A DNA stretch of 64,000 nucleotides from an uncultured Alphaproteobacteria bacterium (GCA_963726065.1 CAVSAU010000014.1:2517-66516); one strand, 5' to 3'; positions 53,546 to 64,000 are shown, counted from the stretch's first letter. Made by a program: numbers and translations. Notes: a model not told the origin generated them from the sequence alone.

Positions 53546-54692
53546 GTGATCCAGTCGACGCTGTTTTTCATCCTCGGCTTTCTCAGCGCGACTTTCTCGC
53601 CCTGATGGTGGCGCCCGCCGTCTGGCGCCGGGCCGTCACGCTGACGCGCAAACGCATCGAAGCATCGACGCCGCTGACGCTGAATGAAATGCAGGCCGAG
53701 GCGGACCGGGCGCGCGCCGAGGGCGCGATGGCCATTCGCCGTCTCGAGATCAGCATGAAAGCGCTGAAGGAGAGGGCGGCCGACCAACTGATCGAGCTCA
53801 ACCGCAGCCGCGAGGAACTCCGGCGTCTCACTGGCGAAACCACCGGCAAGAGCGAACAACTCACCGGGCTTGAGGCCAGGGTGCCCGAACTGCTGGCGAA
53901 ACTCAGCGAGCGCGACGAACAGATCGCAGCCTCTCGGCGCGGCTGCGCGAGGCCGACGAGCTGATCGAGAAGCGTGCGGCCGAACTCGACAAGCTTGGCC
54001 AGACCTATGAAGAGGTGACATTCCTGTCCTCCAGCCGCCAGATCGAGATCGCCGGGCGCGAATCAGAGATCGACAAGATGTCGATCGATCTGTCCAGGTT
54101 GCGCAGTCAACGCAAGGACATGGAACTCCGCCTGGCAGAGTTCACGGCCGACAACGCGGCACTCAAGGAAACCGTCATGACAGAGCGCAAGCGCGTTGCC
54201 GAACTCGAGAAGAAGATCGAGCGGTTGCTTTCTGAAGGGTACCGGGAGCAGGAACCGTCGGGTTTGCGCCCAGATGGCGCGGAGATCGATGCGAACAACT
54301 CCGGCTTGAAATCAGCCCGTGTGGTGAGCGATGGCCAGCCACTTGCCGGCCGAAACGGCGAAGCCGATGCGAACTTCGCACGATTGACCGCCGAACGTGA
54401 CCGGCTTGAAAGCCGGCTAACCACGCTGACGCGGGAGAACAAGAAACTGCGCCAGAAGACGGCAGCCGACGGCAGTGGCATGGAAGCCGCCGGCGATGCG
54501 TTGCTGCGCGATCAGATACATCAGCTCGCGGCGGAAGTGGTCAGCCTGACGGCAATGCTCGACGAGCCGGATTCGCCGATCAGGAAGGCGCTTTCGACGC
54601 CCGCAGCCGATGTCACTGCAAGCGAAACCGCCGGCGGCTTCCCTAGCCTGGCCGCCCGTGTGCGTGCGTTGCAGAAGGCTTCGGGCAACTAG
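53546..54692 (+). CDS. conserved membrane-anchored coiled-coil protein, two apparent frameshifts
   Basis: VIQSTLFFILGFLSA | FLALMVAPAVWRRAV.LTRKRIEA...SLAARVRALQ across three frames. Confidence 0.7.
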
Positions 54693-54708
54693 GCGCCGGA
54701 AAGCCTGG

Positions 54709-55518
54709 TCAGCCGTCGCGCAAGCGATGCAGGGCGACTGCCGAGGCGGCGGCGACATTGAGGCTGTCGAAGCCTTTCGCCATGGCGATCCGCGCGGTTT
54801 GCAGCTGGCTAAGCAGCGGGACCGGCAGGCCTTCGCCTTCGGTCCCGAGAAACAGCGCCATCCTGTCCGAGCGCGGAACATCGCGAATGTCGGCGGCGCC
54901 GTTCGGCGAGAGCGCGATCTGGTCGAAGCCTCGCCGCGCCAGTCCGGCGGACAGGTCCTGCGCATTGCCGCCCACGGTGAACGGCACCTTCAGCACTGCG
55001 CCGACCGAGACGCGGATAGCCTTGCGGTAGAGCGGGTCGCAGCAGGTGTCGTCAAGCAGCGCGGCATCGGCGCCGAAGGCTGCGGCGTTGCGGAAAATGG
55101 CTCCCATGTTGTCGTGATTGGAAATGCCGACCAGCGCGACCACGAGGGCGCGGGCCGGCAGCGTGGCAAGCGTCTCGTCTACCGAAAGGGGAGCGCGCTT
55201 CCTGCCGAGCGCAAGAATGCCGCGATGGATGTGGAAGCCGGCGATGGCATCCATGACGGCGCTGGAGGCGACATAGACCGGCAGATCCGAGGGCGCAGCG
55301 GTAAGCGTCGCTGCAAGGCCGGCAAGCCGGTTCTCCAGCACCAGCACGGATTCCGCCTCGAAGCGCCGTGCCGCGAAAAGCACGTTGAGCACGACCTTGC
55401 CTTCGGCCACGAAACGACCCTGCCTGCCGACCAGGTCGCGCTCGCGCACGTCACGGTAGGCAGCGACGCGCGCATCATCGGGATCGTCTATAGGGATCGG
55501 CTTCTGCATGAACTCCAC
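54709..55518 (-). CDS. TrmH/SpoU-family RNA methyltransferase
   Basis: NHDNMGAIFRNAAAFG, LGTEGEGL, DSLNVAAA motifs. Confidence 0.92.
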   Translation of the reverse strand: MEFMQKPIPIDDPDDARVAAYRDVRERDLVGRQGRFVAEGKVVLNVLFAARRFEAESVLVLENRLAGLAATLTAAPSDLPVYVASSAVMDAIAGFHIHRGILALGRKRAPLSVDETLATLPARALVVALVGISNHDNMGAIFRNAAAFGADAALLDDTCCDPLYRKAIRVSVGAVLKVPFTVGGNAQDLSAGLARRGFDQIALSPNGAADIRDVPRSDRMALFLGTEGEGLPVPLLSQLQTARIAMAKGFDSLNVAAASAVALHRLRDG

Positions 55519-55563
55519 TCGTCCAAACTCGACGGTGGAGATGGGTCCGATGTTACCCGAAGG

Positions 55564-55905
55564 TCAAGAGCGCACCGCCGCGAGAACCCGCCTTGGCGGC
55601 CTTTGCTCCTCGGTGTCGCCGAAGATGTCGTCCAAGGTCAGGAACAGCCGCCGCACGGCGACTGACTTGCAGCTGTAGTAGATCATCTGCCGGTCCCGCC
55701 GGGTCTGGACGAGATCGAGGCTGCGCAGCTTGGCAAGGTGCTGCGACAGGGCCGACTGGCTGAGCGACACGCGCTCGGCGATGGCGCCGACCGAAAGCTC
55801 CCCCTCGAGAAGATGGCTCATGATGACCAGCCGCTTGCTGTTGCCCAGCAAAGTCAAAAATTCGGCGGCCTTGTCGGCGTTCCGGATCAATTCCTTGGAA
55901 ATCAT
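55564..55905 (-). CDS. ArsR/SmtB regulator, NolR-like
   Basis: GNSKRL...ELSVG...LSQSALSQHLAKLR...TRRDRQMIYY. Confidence 0.85.
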   Translation of the reverse strand: MISKELIRNADKAAEFLTLLGNSKRLVIMSHLLEGELSVGAIAERVSLSQSALSQHLAKLRSLDLVQTRRDRQMIYYSCKSVAVRRLFLTLDDIFGDTEEQRPPRRVLAAVRS

Positions 55906-56067
55906 CAAACCCCCGCGCAAACTTCATCACTCTATCGAACGCTAGGGGGCATAGCGTCCGAAAATTGCAACCTGTCCGCGCATATATGCGCAAAATCGAA
56001 TACAGGCCGTATTTGTGCAAACTACTCACTTTCGTCCAAAGCACAAGCGGTCCTATAGTAGTTTCTA

Positions 56068-56847
56068 TCACATCTGAGGGAAGTTTCCGGCGAGTTTGCG
56101 CCGACCTTCTCGCGCCAGATCGACCAGAACCTTACGCAGGTCGCCGGCGCTTGCCAGCGGTTCGGGAAAGAACACGCGCCGTGTCTCGTCGCCGGCGACA
56201 AGATCAAGCCCGTCCGGATCGATGCCGGTGATGGTCCATTTCGCCTCACCGGCGCCGGCAAAAGCCCGCGCATACACGGAAATTGCGTCGGCATGGTCGC
56301 TGTTCATGTGATCGATGGCCGATTGCTCCGCGCCGGCAAGGTTTTGCGCCACGTCCGCATCGGCCAGCAGCTCGGAGCGGCCAAGGATATAGGCCTTGCC
56401 GAAGCCGCCATTCAGGCTGGCGCCCTCCGGTTCCAGCCTGAAGAAATGGAAATCGCCGAGGCCGACATAAAGCTTGGCCTTCGGGTGACGGTTCAAATAA
56501 CGCCGCTCGACATGCGCCTGTACGGGCGTTTCCCCTTGCAGTTGTAACGCCTTGCAAGAAATTGTGATTCGAGGATGAGCGAGGGGATCGCCCTTGCCGG
56601 GCTCTCCGACGAGCAGACAGCAGCGGGAATCGGCAAGCAACGCGCGCGTGTGGGCGGCAAGCATCGAAACCAGGATAAGCGGCGCGGCATCGATGTCGGT
56701 GGCGACGCCGACGCGGCTTGCAAGCGGCGCTCCGGTTGCCGGATCGAGCACCGCGATTGCGCCATAGCGGGCAGTACGAATCAGCGTCCTGGCGAGTCGG
56801 ATCGCTTCGGCGTCGGTCGGACGAATGACTTCCTTTTTCTCTTCCAC
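56068..56847 (-). CDS. HugZ-like pyridoxamine-phosphate-oxidase-fold protein with DUF2470
   Basis: GKGDPLAHPR, LNGGFGKA, AIDHMNSDH motifs. Confidence 0.88.
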   Translation of the reverse strand: MEEKKEVIRPTDAEAIRLARTLIRTARYGAIAVLDPATGAPLASRVGVATDIDAAPLILVSMLAAHTRALLADSRCCLLVGEPGKGDPLAHPRITISCKALQLQGETPVQAHVERRYLNRHPKAKLYVGLGDFHFFRLEPEGASLNGGFGKAYILGRSELLADADVAQNLAGAEQSAIDHMNSDHADAISVYARAFAGAGEAKWTITGIDPDGLDLVAGDETRRVFFPEPLASAGDLRKVLVDLAREGRRKLAGNFPQM

Positions 56848-56881
56848 GCTGGATCCTTAAAAGCTGATTTCATCGCTCCAT

Positions 56882-58060
56882 TTATTCGCCGATCACTCCA
56901 GCATCCACAAGTGCCGACACCGCTTCGGCGTCTATGCCGAAACGTTGCAGGGCAGTGGAAAGCAGGCACTGGGTGCACTCGGATGGTCCGGCAATTTCGG
57001 CCGGAGTGCGCGAAAAGCGCGGCGCCGGCGCCGGCCGCTTCAATGATCCGGCCATGCGGTGGGTCTGCCTTGCCCGGTTGTGCGGATGGTTGGGCGCTTC
57101 CTTTAGGGAGAGAACAGGAGCGACGCACGCGTCGGTCGGTCCGAAAATTTCCGACCATTCGTCGCGGGTCTTCTGGCTGATCCGCGCGGCGATCGCCTCG
57201 CGCATGCCATCCCATTGGCTCCTGTCATATTGCGAGGCTGCGTAGTTTTCATCGAGCGGCAAAAGTCTGGCGAATTCGGCGAAGAATTGCGGCTCCAGGC
57301 AGGCGACCGCGATATGACGGGCGTCGGCGGTCTCGTAGGTGTCGTAGAAGGGAGCCCCGGAATCGAGGAGATTGGAGCCGCGCCGGTCCTGCCACAAACC
57401 GGTCGCCATAAAGGCGAAGAATGGCGCCGCCAGCATAGACACACCGTCGATCATCGCCGCATCGATTACCTGACCCCGGCCGGAACGCTGGCGTTCGAAA
57501 AGCGCCGCCAGCGCACCCATGATCAGGAACATGGTTCCGCCGCCAAAATCGGCGGCGAGGTTGAGTGGCGGTACCGGCCTGCCGTCCCTCTGGCCGATCG
57601 CATGCAGGATGCCGGAATAGGCGAGATAGGTGAGGTCGTGGCCGGCGCGGTCGGCGAGCGGCCCGTCCTGGCCAAAGCCCGTCATGCGGCCATAGATCAG
57701 GCGCGGATTGCGGGCGAGCGCCTCGGCCGGCCCGAGCCCCAGCCGCTCCATCACGCCGGGCCGGAAGCCCTCGACAAGGATATCGGCCTTGCCGATGAGC
57801 TCGAGCATCAGGGCAATGCCTTGCGGCCGCTTCAGGTCGACCTTGACGACGCCGCGGCCATGGCGGTCGAGATCGTAGTCCGGCGGTACGGCGAGGAACG
57901 GCCGGTTGCCACTCTCCTTGCGCTCGATGCGGATCACGTCGGCGCCGAGTTCGGCCAGTATCAGCCCAGCCAGCGGCACCGGCCCGAGGCCGGCCATCTC
58001 GATGACCCTCAAGCTGGCGAGGGGACCGGACTTCTCTCGGTTCAGGGCGCCGGCCGTCAT
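56882..58060 (-). CDS. CaiB/BaiF CoA-transferase (alpha-methylacyl-CoA racemase-like)
   Basis: EMAGLGP, EGFRPGVMERLGLGP, AGHD, PPLNLAADFGGG, APFYDTY. Confidence 0.9.
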   Translation of the reverse strand: MTAGALNREKSGPLASLRVIEMAGLGPVPLAGLILAELGADVIRIERKESGNRPFLAVPPDYDLDRHGRGVVKVDLKRPQGIALMLELIGKADILVEGFRPGVMERLGLGPAEALARNPRLIYGRMTGFGQDGPLADRAGHDLTYLAYSGILHAIGQRDGRPVPPLNLAADFGGGTMFLIMGALAALFERQRSGRGQVIDAAMIDGVSMLAAPFFAFMATGLWQDRRGSNLLDSGAPFYDTYETADARHIAVACLEPQFFAEFARLLPLDENYAASQYDRSQWDGMREAIAARISQKTRDEWSEIFGPTDACVAPVLSLKEAPNHPHNRARQTHRMAGSLKRPAPAPRFSRTPAEIAGPSECTQCLLSTALQRFGIDAEAVSALVDAGVIGE

Positions 58061-58070
58061 GCGGCCACCG

Positions 58071-58832
<762 letters not shown>

Positions 58833-59002
58833 TTCGTGTTCCTTCCGGGTGATGGCTGTTCGATTGGGCGATAGCCTATGCAGGGCAGCGGGGAAAGGCC
58901 AGCGTTGCGCCGACCGCCTTCGCTCCGCTTGTGGGAAGGTCCGGCAGGGGATGAGGGGCAACTTCATCATGCAAGCCTCCAATTTCATCAACACAAGCAT
59001 CT

Positions 59003-59344
59003 CCGTCGCCACGCCCCGTTTGCGGTCTGGCCATTGAGGCTTTCCTGTCGCCCACGCCTCGCTTTCTCGACCTGGCTTCGCCAGTCGAGGCGTCGTGGGT
59101 AAGGGGGAAGCGGCGCCTGGGACCAGAGCCGTTTTCAAATTTATACGAGGCCCGCTCTCCCAGGCGCCGCCGGTGTCCTTGCCCGACCGCAGGGAGCGCG
59201 GATTTTCAGCCCCGCGACAAAGCCTCGGTCAGGGCCAGGACGTAAGGGTTCATTCCCCCAGCAACGCCACCGTCAGCGCTGCCGATCCGGCACCGTCCCC
59301 CTCCCTGATACCCGGTGCGCACCAGGTTCCCGTGAGGGCGATGG
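59003..59344. ncRNA. candidate large structured RNA or palindromic repeat element
   Basis: Nested stems including a perfect 13-bp pair (59110-22/59158-70) and a closing helix (59003-10/59337-44); no convincing ORF. Confidence 0.45.
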
Positions 59345-59484
59345 CTCGATTATGCGGGAGCGACAAAGGGGTGTGGACAAAAGGCAGACGAAGACTGCTG
59401 ACAGATGCTGACAAGACAGGAGTTGGAATGGCGACACCGCGCGGATTTCCCCACGCCGGTGAGAAACCTCATGTCGTGGCTTTG

Positions 59485-59533
59485 ACCCCCTCTCCGTTTT
59501 GCTTCGCAAACCACCTCTCCCCCGGGGGAGAGG
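59485..59533. repeat. REP-like palindrome
   Basis: ACCCCCTCTCCG-TTTTGCTTCGCAAA-CCA followed by a perfect 20-bp palindrome CCTCTCCCCCGGGGGAGAGG. Confidence 0.65.
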
Positions 59534-59549
59534 ATGCGCCGCCGTAATA

Positions 59550-61319
59550 TCACTCCGGCAGGCCGGCGTTGCGAAGCGCGTCGAGATAGCGATCCATGAT
59601 CGCCGGGTCCTTCCACGGCACGCCGGCGCGGGTGCGGGCGATCGTTGTGCCGGGCGCGATCGCGAGCAGCCCTTCGATAGCCGCTTCGGCTTGTGCGGTG
59701 AGGCCTGCCCGGCTGTAGCTCGCGGCAAGAAGCCGGTGGGCGGTCGGAAAATCCTGCTGCAGATGCATTGCCTTCAGCGCCCATTCGGCGGCTTCCTCGT
59801 AGTGCCCCTCGGAGAAATCGGCGAGGCCGAAAAAGGCGTATGTCCAGTAGTTGGCGGGATCGCGGGGGCTGAGCCGCAACGCCCGGGTCAGATACTCCCG
59901 CGCTCTGGCGGGCTCGGAGGTAAAGGCATAATATCCGCCACCCCACATATACGGGAAAGCGAGGTTGGCGTTGAGGCTGAGCGCGGTTTCCAGTCGCCGC
60001 GGCGCGTCGTCGAAATCGCGGGTGAACAGGGTGACGACGCCCAGAATGGTGTGCGCCTCGGCGTCGCGCGGATCGAGCTCGACGGCGGAGCGCGCCATCT
60101 CGTGGGCGCTGGCCAGCGATTTGAGCGGATTGCCGCTCCAGCCGTAAAGCACGTCCCAGATATCGCACATGGCGTGCACCACGTGCGCCCGCGCCATGCG
60201 GGGATCGAGGCCGATCGCCTGGCCGGCGAATTTCTTCGCTTCGGTGTTGTCTTCCACGGTGAGGCGCCAGGCGTGCCAGTTGGCGCGCATCACCAGATCC
60301 CACGCGCCCATGCCGGCCGGATCCTTGCGGCGGGCGCGCCGCATCTCGGCGCCGATCAGTTCCGGCGCCACGACGCCGACGATGCTGGCTGCGATTTCGT
60401 CCTGGACGGAAAAGATATCGTCGAGCTCGCGGTCGTAGCGTTCGGCCCAGACGTGGTTGCCGGTGGTGGCGTCGATGAGCTGGGCGGTGATGCGGACCCG
60501 GCTGCCGCCCTTGCGCACGCTGCCTTCGAGCACGTAGCGCACGCCGAGTTCGCCAGCCACCTGCTTCACGTCGACGGGCTTGCCCTTGTAAGTGAAGGAG
60601 GAGTTGCGGGCGGTGACGAAGAAGGACTGGTTGCGCGCCAGGTCGGTGATGATGTCTTCCGAAATGCCGTCGGCGAAATATTCCTGGTCACGGTCGGGGC
60701 TCATGTCCTGGAAGGGCAGCACGGCGATCGACGGTTTCACCGAGCCCCCCGACAGGCCGGACGCCTCGCTTTCGGAAGCGTCGGTCATGATCTCCAGGCG
60801 CACCCGGTAGATGCGAACCGGCTTGCGGATGTTCTTCACCTGCTGCTCCCCCAGATTGTCAAAGGCGACGTTGAGCTTGCCGACCACATGTTCGAATACG
60901 CTGGCCGAAACGAAGATGCCGCCGGGCTCGGCCAACGCTTCAAGGCGCGCCGCGATGTTGACCCCGTCGCCCAGAATGTCGTCGCCGTCGATGACGATGT
61001 CGCCGAGGTTGATGCCGGCGCGATACTGGATGCGGCGGTCTTTCGGACCCTTGGCCTCGAGCTTGGCGATGCCGCGCTGGATGCGCAAGGCGCACTCCAG
61101 CGCATCGACAACGCTGGCGAACTCGACCAGCAGACCGTCGCCCATGGTCTTTACGACCCGGCCCGAGTGCTCCTTGAGGATGGGGTCGATGGTGTCCTGG
61201 CGATGCACCTTCTGGCGGGCGATGGTTCCCGCCTCGTCGGCTTCCATATGCCTGCTGTAGCCGACCATATCGATGGCCAGGATGGCGGCTAACCTGCGTA
61301 CCACGCGATCGGTGGGCAA
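59550..61319 (-). CDS. class III adenylate/guanylate cyclase with TolB-like and TPR domains
   Basis: RRLAAILAIDMVGYS, KTMGDG, GDGVNIAARLE, PSIAVLPF, TPR helices; TTG start. Confidence 0.92.
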   Translation of the reverse strand: MPTDRVVRRLAAILAIDMVGYSRHMEADEAGTIARQKVHRQDTIDPILKEHSGRVVKTMGDGLLVEFASVVDALECALRIQRGIAKLEAKGPKDRRIQYRAGINLGDIVIDGDDILGDGVNIAARLEALAEPGGIFVSASVFEHVVGKLNVAFDNLGEQQVKNIRKPVRIYRVRLEIMTDASESEASGLSGGSVKPSIAVLPFQDMSPDRDQEYFADGISEDIITDLARNQSFFVTARNSSFTYKGKPVDVKQVAGELGVRYVLEGSVRKGGSRVRITAQLIDATTGNHVWAERYDRELDDIFSVQDEIAASIVGVVAPELIGAEMRRARRKDPAGMGAWDLVMRANWHAWRLTVEDNTEAKKFAGQAIGLDPRMARAHVVHAMCDIWDVLYGWSGNPLKSLASAHEMARSAVELDPRDAEAHTILGVVTLFTRDFDDAPRRLETALSLNANLAFPYMWGGGYYAFTSEPARAREYLTRALRLSPRDPANYWTYAFFGLADFSEGHYEEAAEWALKAMHLQQDFPTAHRLLAASYSRAGLTAQAEAAIEGLLAIAPGTTIARTRAGVPWKDPAIMDRYLDALRNAGLPE

Positions 61320-61405
61320 AAAAACTGTTCCTCGCCTGAACGCACCGCGCGAAGCTTACGATCCCGGCAGGCGCAAGTCCATGTGGCGGGTCCATCGTGT
61401 CCCGC

Positions 61406-61461
61406 TTGACAGCGAATTCAACGCGGCGTATAAAACCAATCAGTTACATAACCATATGGTT
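61406..61461 (+). promoter_or_regulatory. sigma70 promoter with tandem ArsR operator
   Basis: TTGACA(61406)-17 bp-TATAAA(61429); AACCAATCAGTT (61434-45) and palindromic AACCATATGGTT (61450-61). Confidence 0.75.
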
Positions 61462-61468
61462 TTATAAA

Positions 61469-61798
61469 ATGGCGACCGACAGCCTTAGCATGACGCTTTC
61501 CGCCCTGGCCGACCCGACCCGGCGCGCCATACTGGCGCGGCTGGCGCTCGGCGAGGCCTCGGTGACGGAGCTTGCCGAGCCGTTCGAGATGAGCTTTCCG
61601 GCGGTCTCAAAGCATCTTCGCGTTCTGGAAAAGGCAGGGCTGGTGGCGCGTGGCCGCGACGCGCAGTTCCGGCCGCGCACGCTGCGGGCCGAACCGCTGC
61701 GCGAGGTGGACGACTGGCTGGGCACCTACCGCCGGCTGTGGGAGGAGAGGCTGGACCGGCTGGAGGACTATTTGGCGCAGCTGCAAGGCGACACCTAG
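61469..61798 (+). CDS. ArsR/SmtB transcriptional regulator
   Basis: ALADPTRRAIL...AVSKHLRVLEKAGLV...WEERLDRLE. Confidence 0.92.
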   Translation: MATDSLSMTLSALADPTRRAILARLALGEASVTELAEPFEMSFPAVSKHLRVLEKAGLVARGRDAQFRPRTLRAEPLREVDDWLGTYRRLWEERLDRLEDYLAQLQGDT

Positions 61799-61980
61799 AG
61801 TTCAGGTGATGCCGGCCGGCAAATGACGGTTTCCCGCGCCTCCGGTGCTTCCTCAAATCCAGCTGCGGCTTATGCGTTCCTGCTGAGCCTCTATCTCAAT
61901 GTTTCCAAGGCCTGATCGGGCTGAACCCGGAGCCGCGCCGCCGTCCGACGACGATATTTGCTTCACGAAGGGAAGTGACG

Positions 61981-62460
61981 ATGGCGTTTTCGGTTACCAG
62001 CCCGGCCGACGAGCCGATCATCATCATGACGCGCCGCTTCGATGCGCCGCGCAAGCTGGTGTGGCGGGCCTGGACCGACCCCTATCACGTGGCGCGCTGG
62101 TGGGGCCAGCGCAGCACCACCACCAAGGTGGTCGAGCTCGACCTGAGGCCAGGCGGCAACTGGCGGTTCGAGCAGCACGACACGTCGGGCGCCGTCTATA
62201 TCTTCAAGGGCACCTATCTCGAGGTGATCGAGCCCGAAAAGCTGGTCAACACCTTCGGCATGGAAGGCATGTTCGAGGACAAGGTGCTGGTCGAGACGCA
62301 CACCTTCGACGAGGTGAACGGCAAGACAGACTACAAGTCGGTCTCGCGCTTCAATTCCTTCGAGGACCGCGACGGCATGCTGCAGTCGGGCATGGAAGCC
62401 GGAGCCAAGGAAAGCATGGCGCTGCTCGACGAGTTGCTGGCCGAACTGCAGAAGCAATAG
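61981..62460 (+). CDS. SRPBCC/AHSA1 domain protein
   Basis: TRRFDAPRKLVWRAWTDP...DLRPGG.W...SGMEAG. Confidence 0.9.
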   Translation: MAFSVTSPADEPIIIMTRRFDAPRKLVWRAWTDPYHVARWWGQRSTTTKVVELDLRPGGNWRFEQHDTSGAVYIFKGTYLEVIEPEKLVNTFGMEGMFEDKVLVETHTFDEVNGKTDYKSVSRFNSFEDRDGMLQSGMEAGAKESMALLDELLAELQKQ

Positions 62461-62601
62461 GTGGCTAACCCAAGCGCCTTGCGTGGCGACGAAAGCCGCG
62501 CGGCGCAACAGAAATCGAGAAGAAGAAAGTGCCGGGCGCCCCCTTTCCCTGTAGAAACGGGGGTGACGCGCCGCCGCGTCAGAGCTTGGTCTTTGCCGCG
62601 C

Positions 62602-62913
62602 CTATTCCTCGGGTTCGGTGGTGAATTGCAGGGGGTAACCCTTGGCCTTGCCGGCCTCGGTGGCGCGGGTCGCCTTGGTCTCGGCAATATCCTTGGCGAA
62701 GACGGCGACAACGCAGACGCCGCGCCGGTGCGCGGTGATCATGATCTTCTGCGCGAGGTCCTCGCCGACATGGAATTCGGCCTTGAGCACGCGGACGACA
62801 AATTCCCGCGGCGTGTAGTCGTCGTTGAGCAGGATCACCTTGTGCAGCTTCGGCCGCTCGGTCTTCGGGCCGACCTTGGTGCGGGGGTGCGTGATGGTGC
62901 TTGAATCAGGCAT
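62602..62913 (-). CDS. clpS: Clp protease adaptor ClpS (ClpS2-like)
   Basis: KVILLNDDYTPREFV, MITAHRRG, GYPLQFTTEPEE. Confidence 0.92.
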   Translation of the reverse strand: MPDSSTITHPRTKVGPKTERPKLHKVILLNDDYTPREFVVRVLKAEFHVGEDLAQKIMITAHRRGVCVVAVFAKDIAETKATRATEAGKAKGYPLQFTTEPEE

Positions 62914-63105
62914 GGGCGTTAAGCGCATACGACGTGGGGAATTGTCTCACAGCCGGGCGGTATCGTCCATCCCGATCGGGGGGACGGGCAGGTGGAACCG
63001 CCAGCGCGGCGCCAAGGGGCCAGGGCAGGATTTCGCACCGAACCGTGATTGGCACGTGAGGGTTGCAATGTGCTAGGGCGAAAATGCGGGCAATTCGAGG
63101 TCGAG

Positions 63106-64000
63106 ATGGAACGCAAGCTTGCCGCGATCGTTGCCGGCGACATCGTCGGCTACAGCCGACTGATGGCCGAGGATGAAGCGGCGACCTATGCGGCGTTGCG
63201 CTCCGCTTTCGACGATCTCATCGTGCCCGTGCTGCAGCGCCATGGCGGACGCACCTACAAGAGCACCGGCGACGGGTTCCTGGCGACGTTTCCGAGCGTC
63301 AACGAGGCGCTAGACGCGGCAATCGAGATTCAGGCCGGCTTCGCGGATCGCCCTTTCAGTCTGCGCATCGGCGTCAATCTCGGCGATGTCATCGAAGACA
63401 ATGGCGATATGTTCGGCGATGGCGTGAACGTCGCCGCGCGGCTGGAGGCGATGGCCGATCCCGGCAGCATCTTTGTCAGCGACGCGGTCGTGCGCGGCGC
63501 CGACAGGAACCGCGGCGCGAATTTTTCCCGTGTCGGGCGCCGGCACATCAAGAACATCCGCAAGTCGTTCGACGTCTATGCCGTCAGGCTCAAAAACGGC
63601 GGAAACGGCATGGCCCCCCGACTGAGGCGCGCCCTAGGCGGCAGGCGGGCGATCGCCACCTACGCTGCCGGCGCAGCCGTAATTGCTGTGATCGCGTTCG
63701 CAGCCAGCGATACGGTGAGGTTCCAGACCATCGCCGGCGGCATTACCCAGGGCCTGGCCGGACTGGTTGGCGTCGAGCGCGCCGACGCGCGGCCGGCGGT
63801 TGCGGTGTTGCCGTTCGACAATATGAGCGGAGATGCCAACGAGACCTATTTCGTCGACGGGCTGACCGAGGACATCATCACCGAGCTTGCCCGCAATCCC
63901 GAATTGCAGGTGATCGCACGCAACTCGACATTTGCGCTGCGCGGCCAGCCGGCCGACACGCGCGAACTGGGCAGGCGGCTGAATGCCGGCTACATCGTCG
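63106..64000 (+). CDS. class III cyclase with TM and TolB-like domain, runs off the window
   Basis: Manual translation: MERKLAAIVAGDIVGYSRLM...STGDG...GDGVNVAARLE...PAVAVLPFDNMS. Confidence 0.88.
   Translation, partial: MERKLAAIVAGDIVGYSRLMAEDEAATYAALRSAFDDLIVPVLQRHGGRTYKSTGDGFLATFPSVNEALDAAIEIQAGFADRPFSLRIGVNLGDVIEDNGDMFGDGVNVAARLEAMADPGSIFVSDAVVRGADRNRGANFSRVGRRHIKNIRKSFDVYAVRLKNGGNGMAPRLRRALGGRRAIATYAAGAAVIAVIAFAASDTVRFQTIAGGITQGLAGLVGVERADARPAVAVLPFDNMSGDANETYFVDGLTEDIITELARNPELQVIARNSTFALRGQPADTRELGRRLNAGYIV

Noticed and set aside
54610-55665. 351-aa + strand ORF
   Set aside because: Antisense to the TrmH-like gene; no recognisable domain.
59003-59344. Identification as RNase P RNA, tmRNA, 6S or SRP RNA
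   Set aside because: Lacks GAGGAAAGTCC, tRNA-like ends and the SRP loop motif; no resemblance to 6S was recognised.
59499-61292. 597-aa antisense ORF
   Set aside because: Mirror frame of the cyclase gene.

Overview
Alphaproteobacterial chromosome segment, Hyphomicrobiales and most similar to Mesorhizobium/Phyllobacteriaceae, in two parts. (1) Positions 1 to ~46,280 are an accessory, IS-scarred genomic island abutting the 3' end of a tRNA-Met (46280-46356, minus strand). Its core is a candidate acid/ion-stress system: a 910-aa PLP Orn/Lys/Arg-type decarboxylase, aspartate 4-decarboxylase AspD, three AspT-family antiporter copies, Ca2+/H+ exchanger(s), two K+-channel-like genes, a YibH/YibI-like pair, an AI-2E transporter and a USP. 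These sit among uncharacterised exported modules: DUF3300-DUF2950, an OmpA-DUF2092 fusion plus a duplicated cationic 'GRPLTPVSVAGVARR' peptide, two LssY_C lipoproteins plus a lipase, porins, an L,D-transpeptidase and an orphan acpXL. (2) Positions ~46,400-64,000 are conserved core genes: mnmA, sciP, fliJ-like, ctrA, chpT, eipA, TrmH-like, NolR-like, HugZ-like, CoA-transferase, SDR, two class III cyclases, ArsR-SRPBCC and clpS. This part also holds a ~340-nt highly structured intergenic element. Single-base frameshifts in housekeeping genes (mnmA, chpT) suggest indel errors in the assembly, so pseudogene calls need caution. All family assignments come from motif recognition by eye, not database searches.
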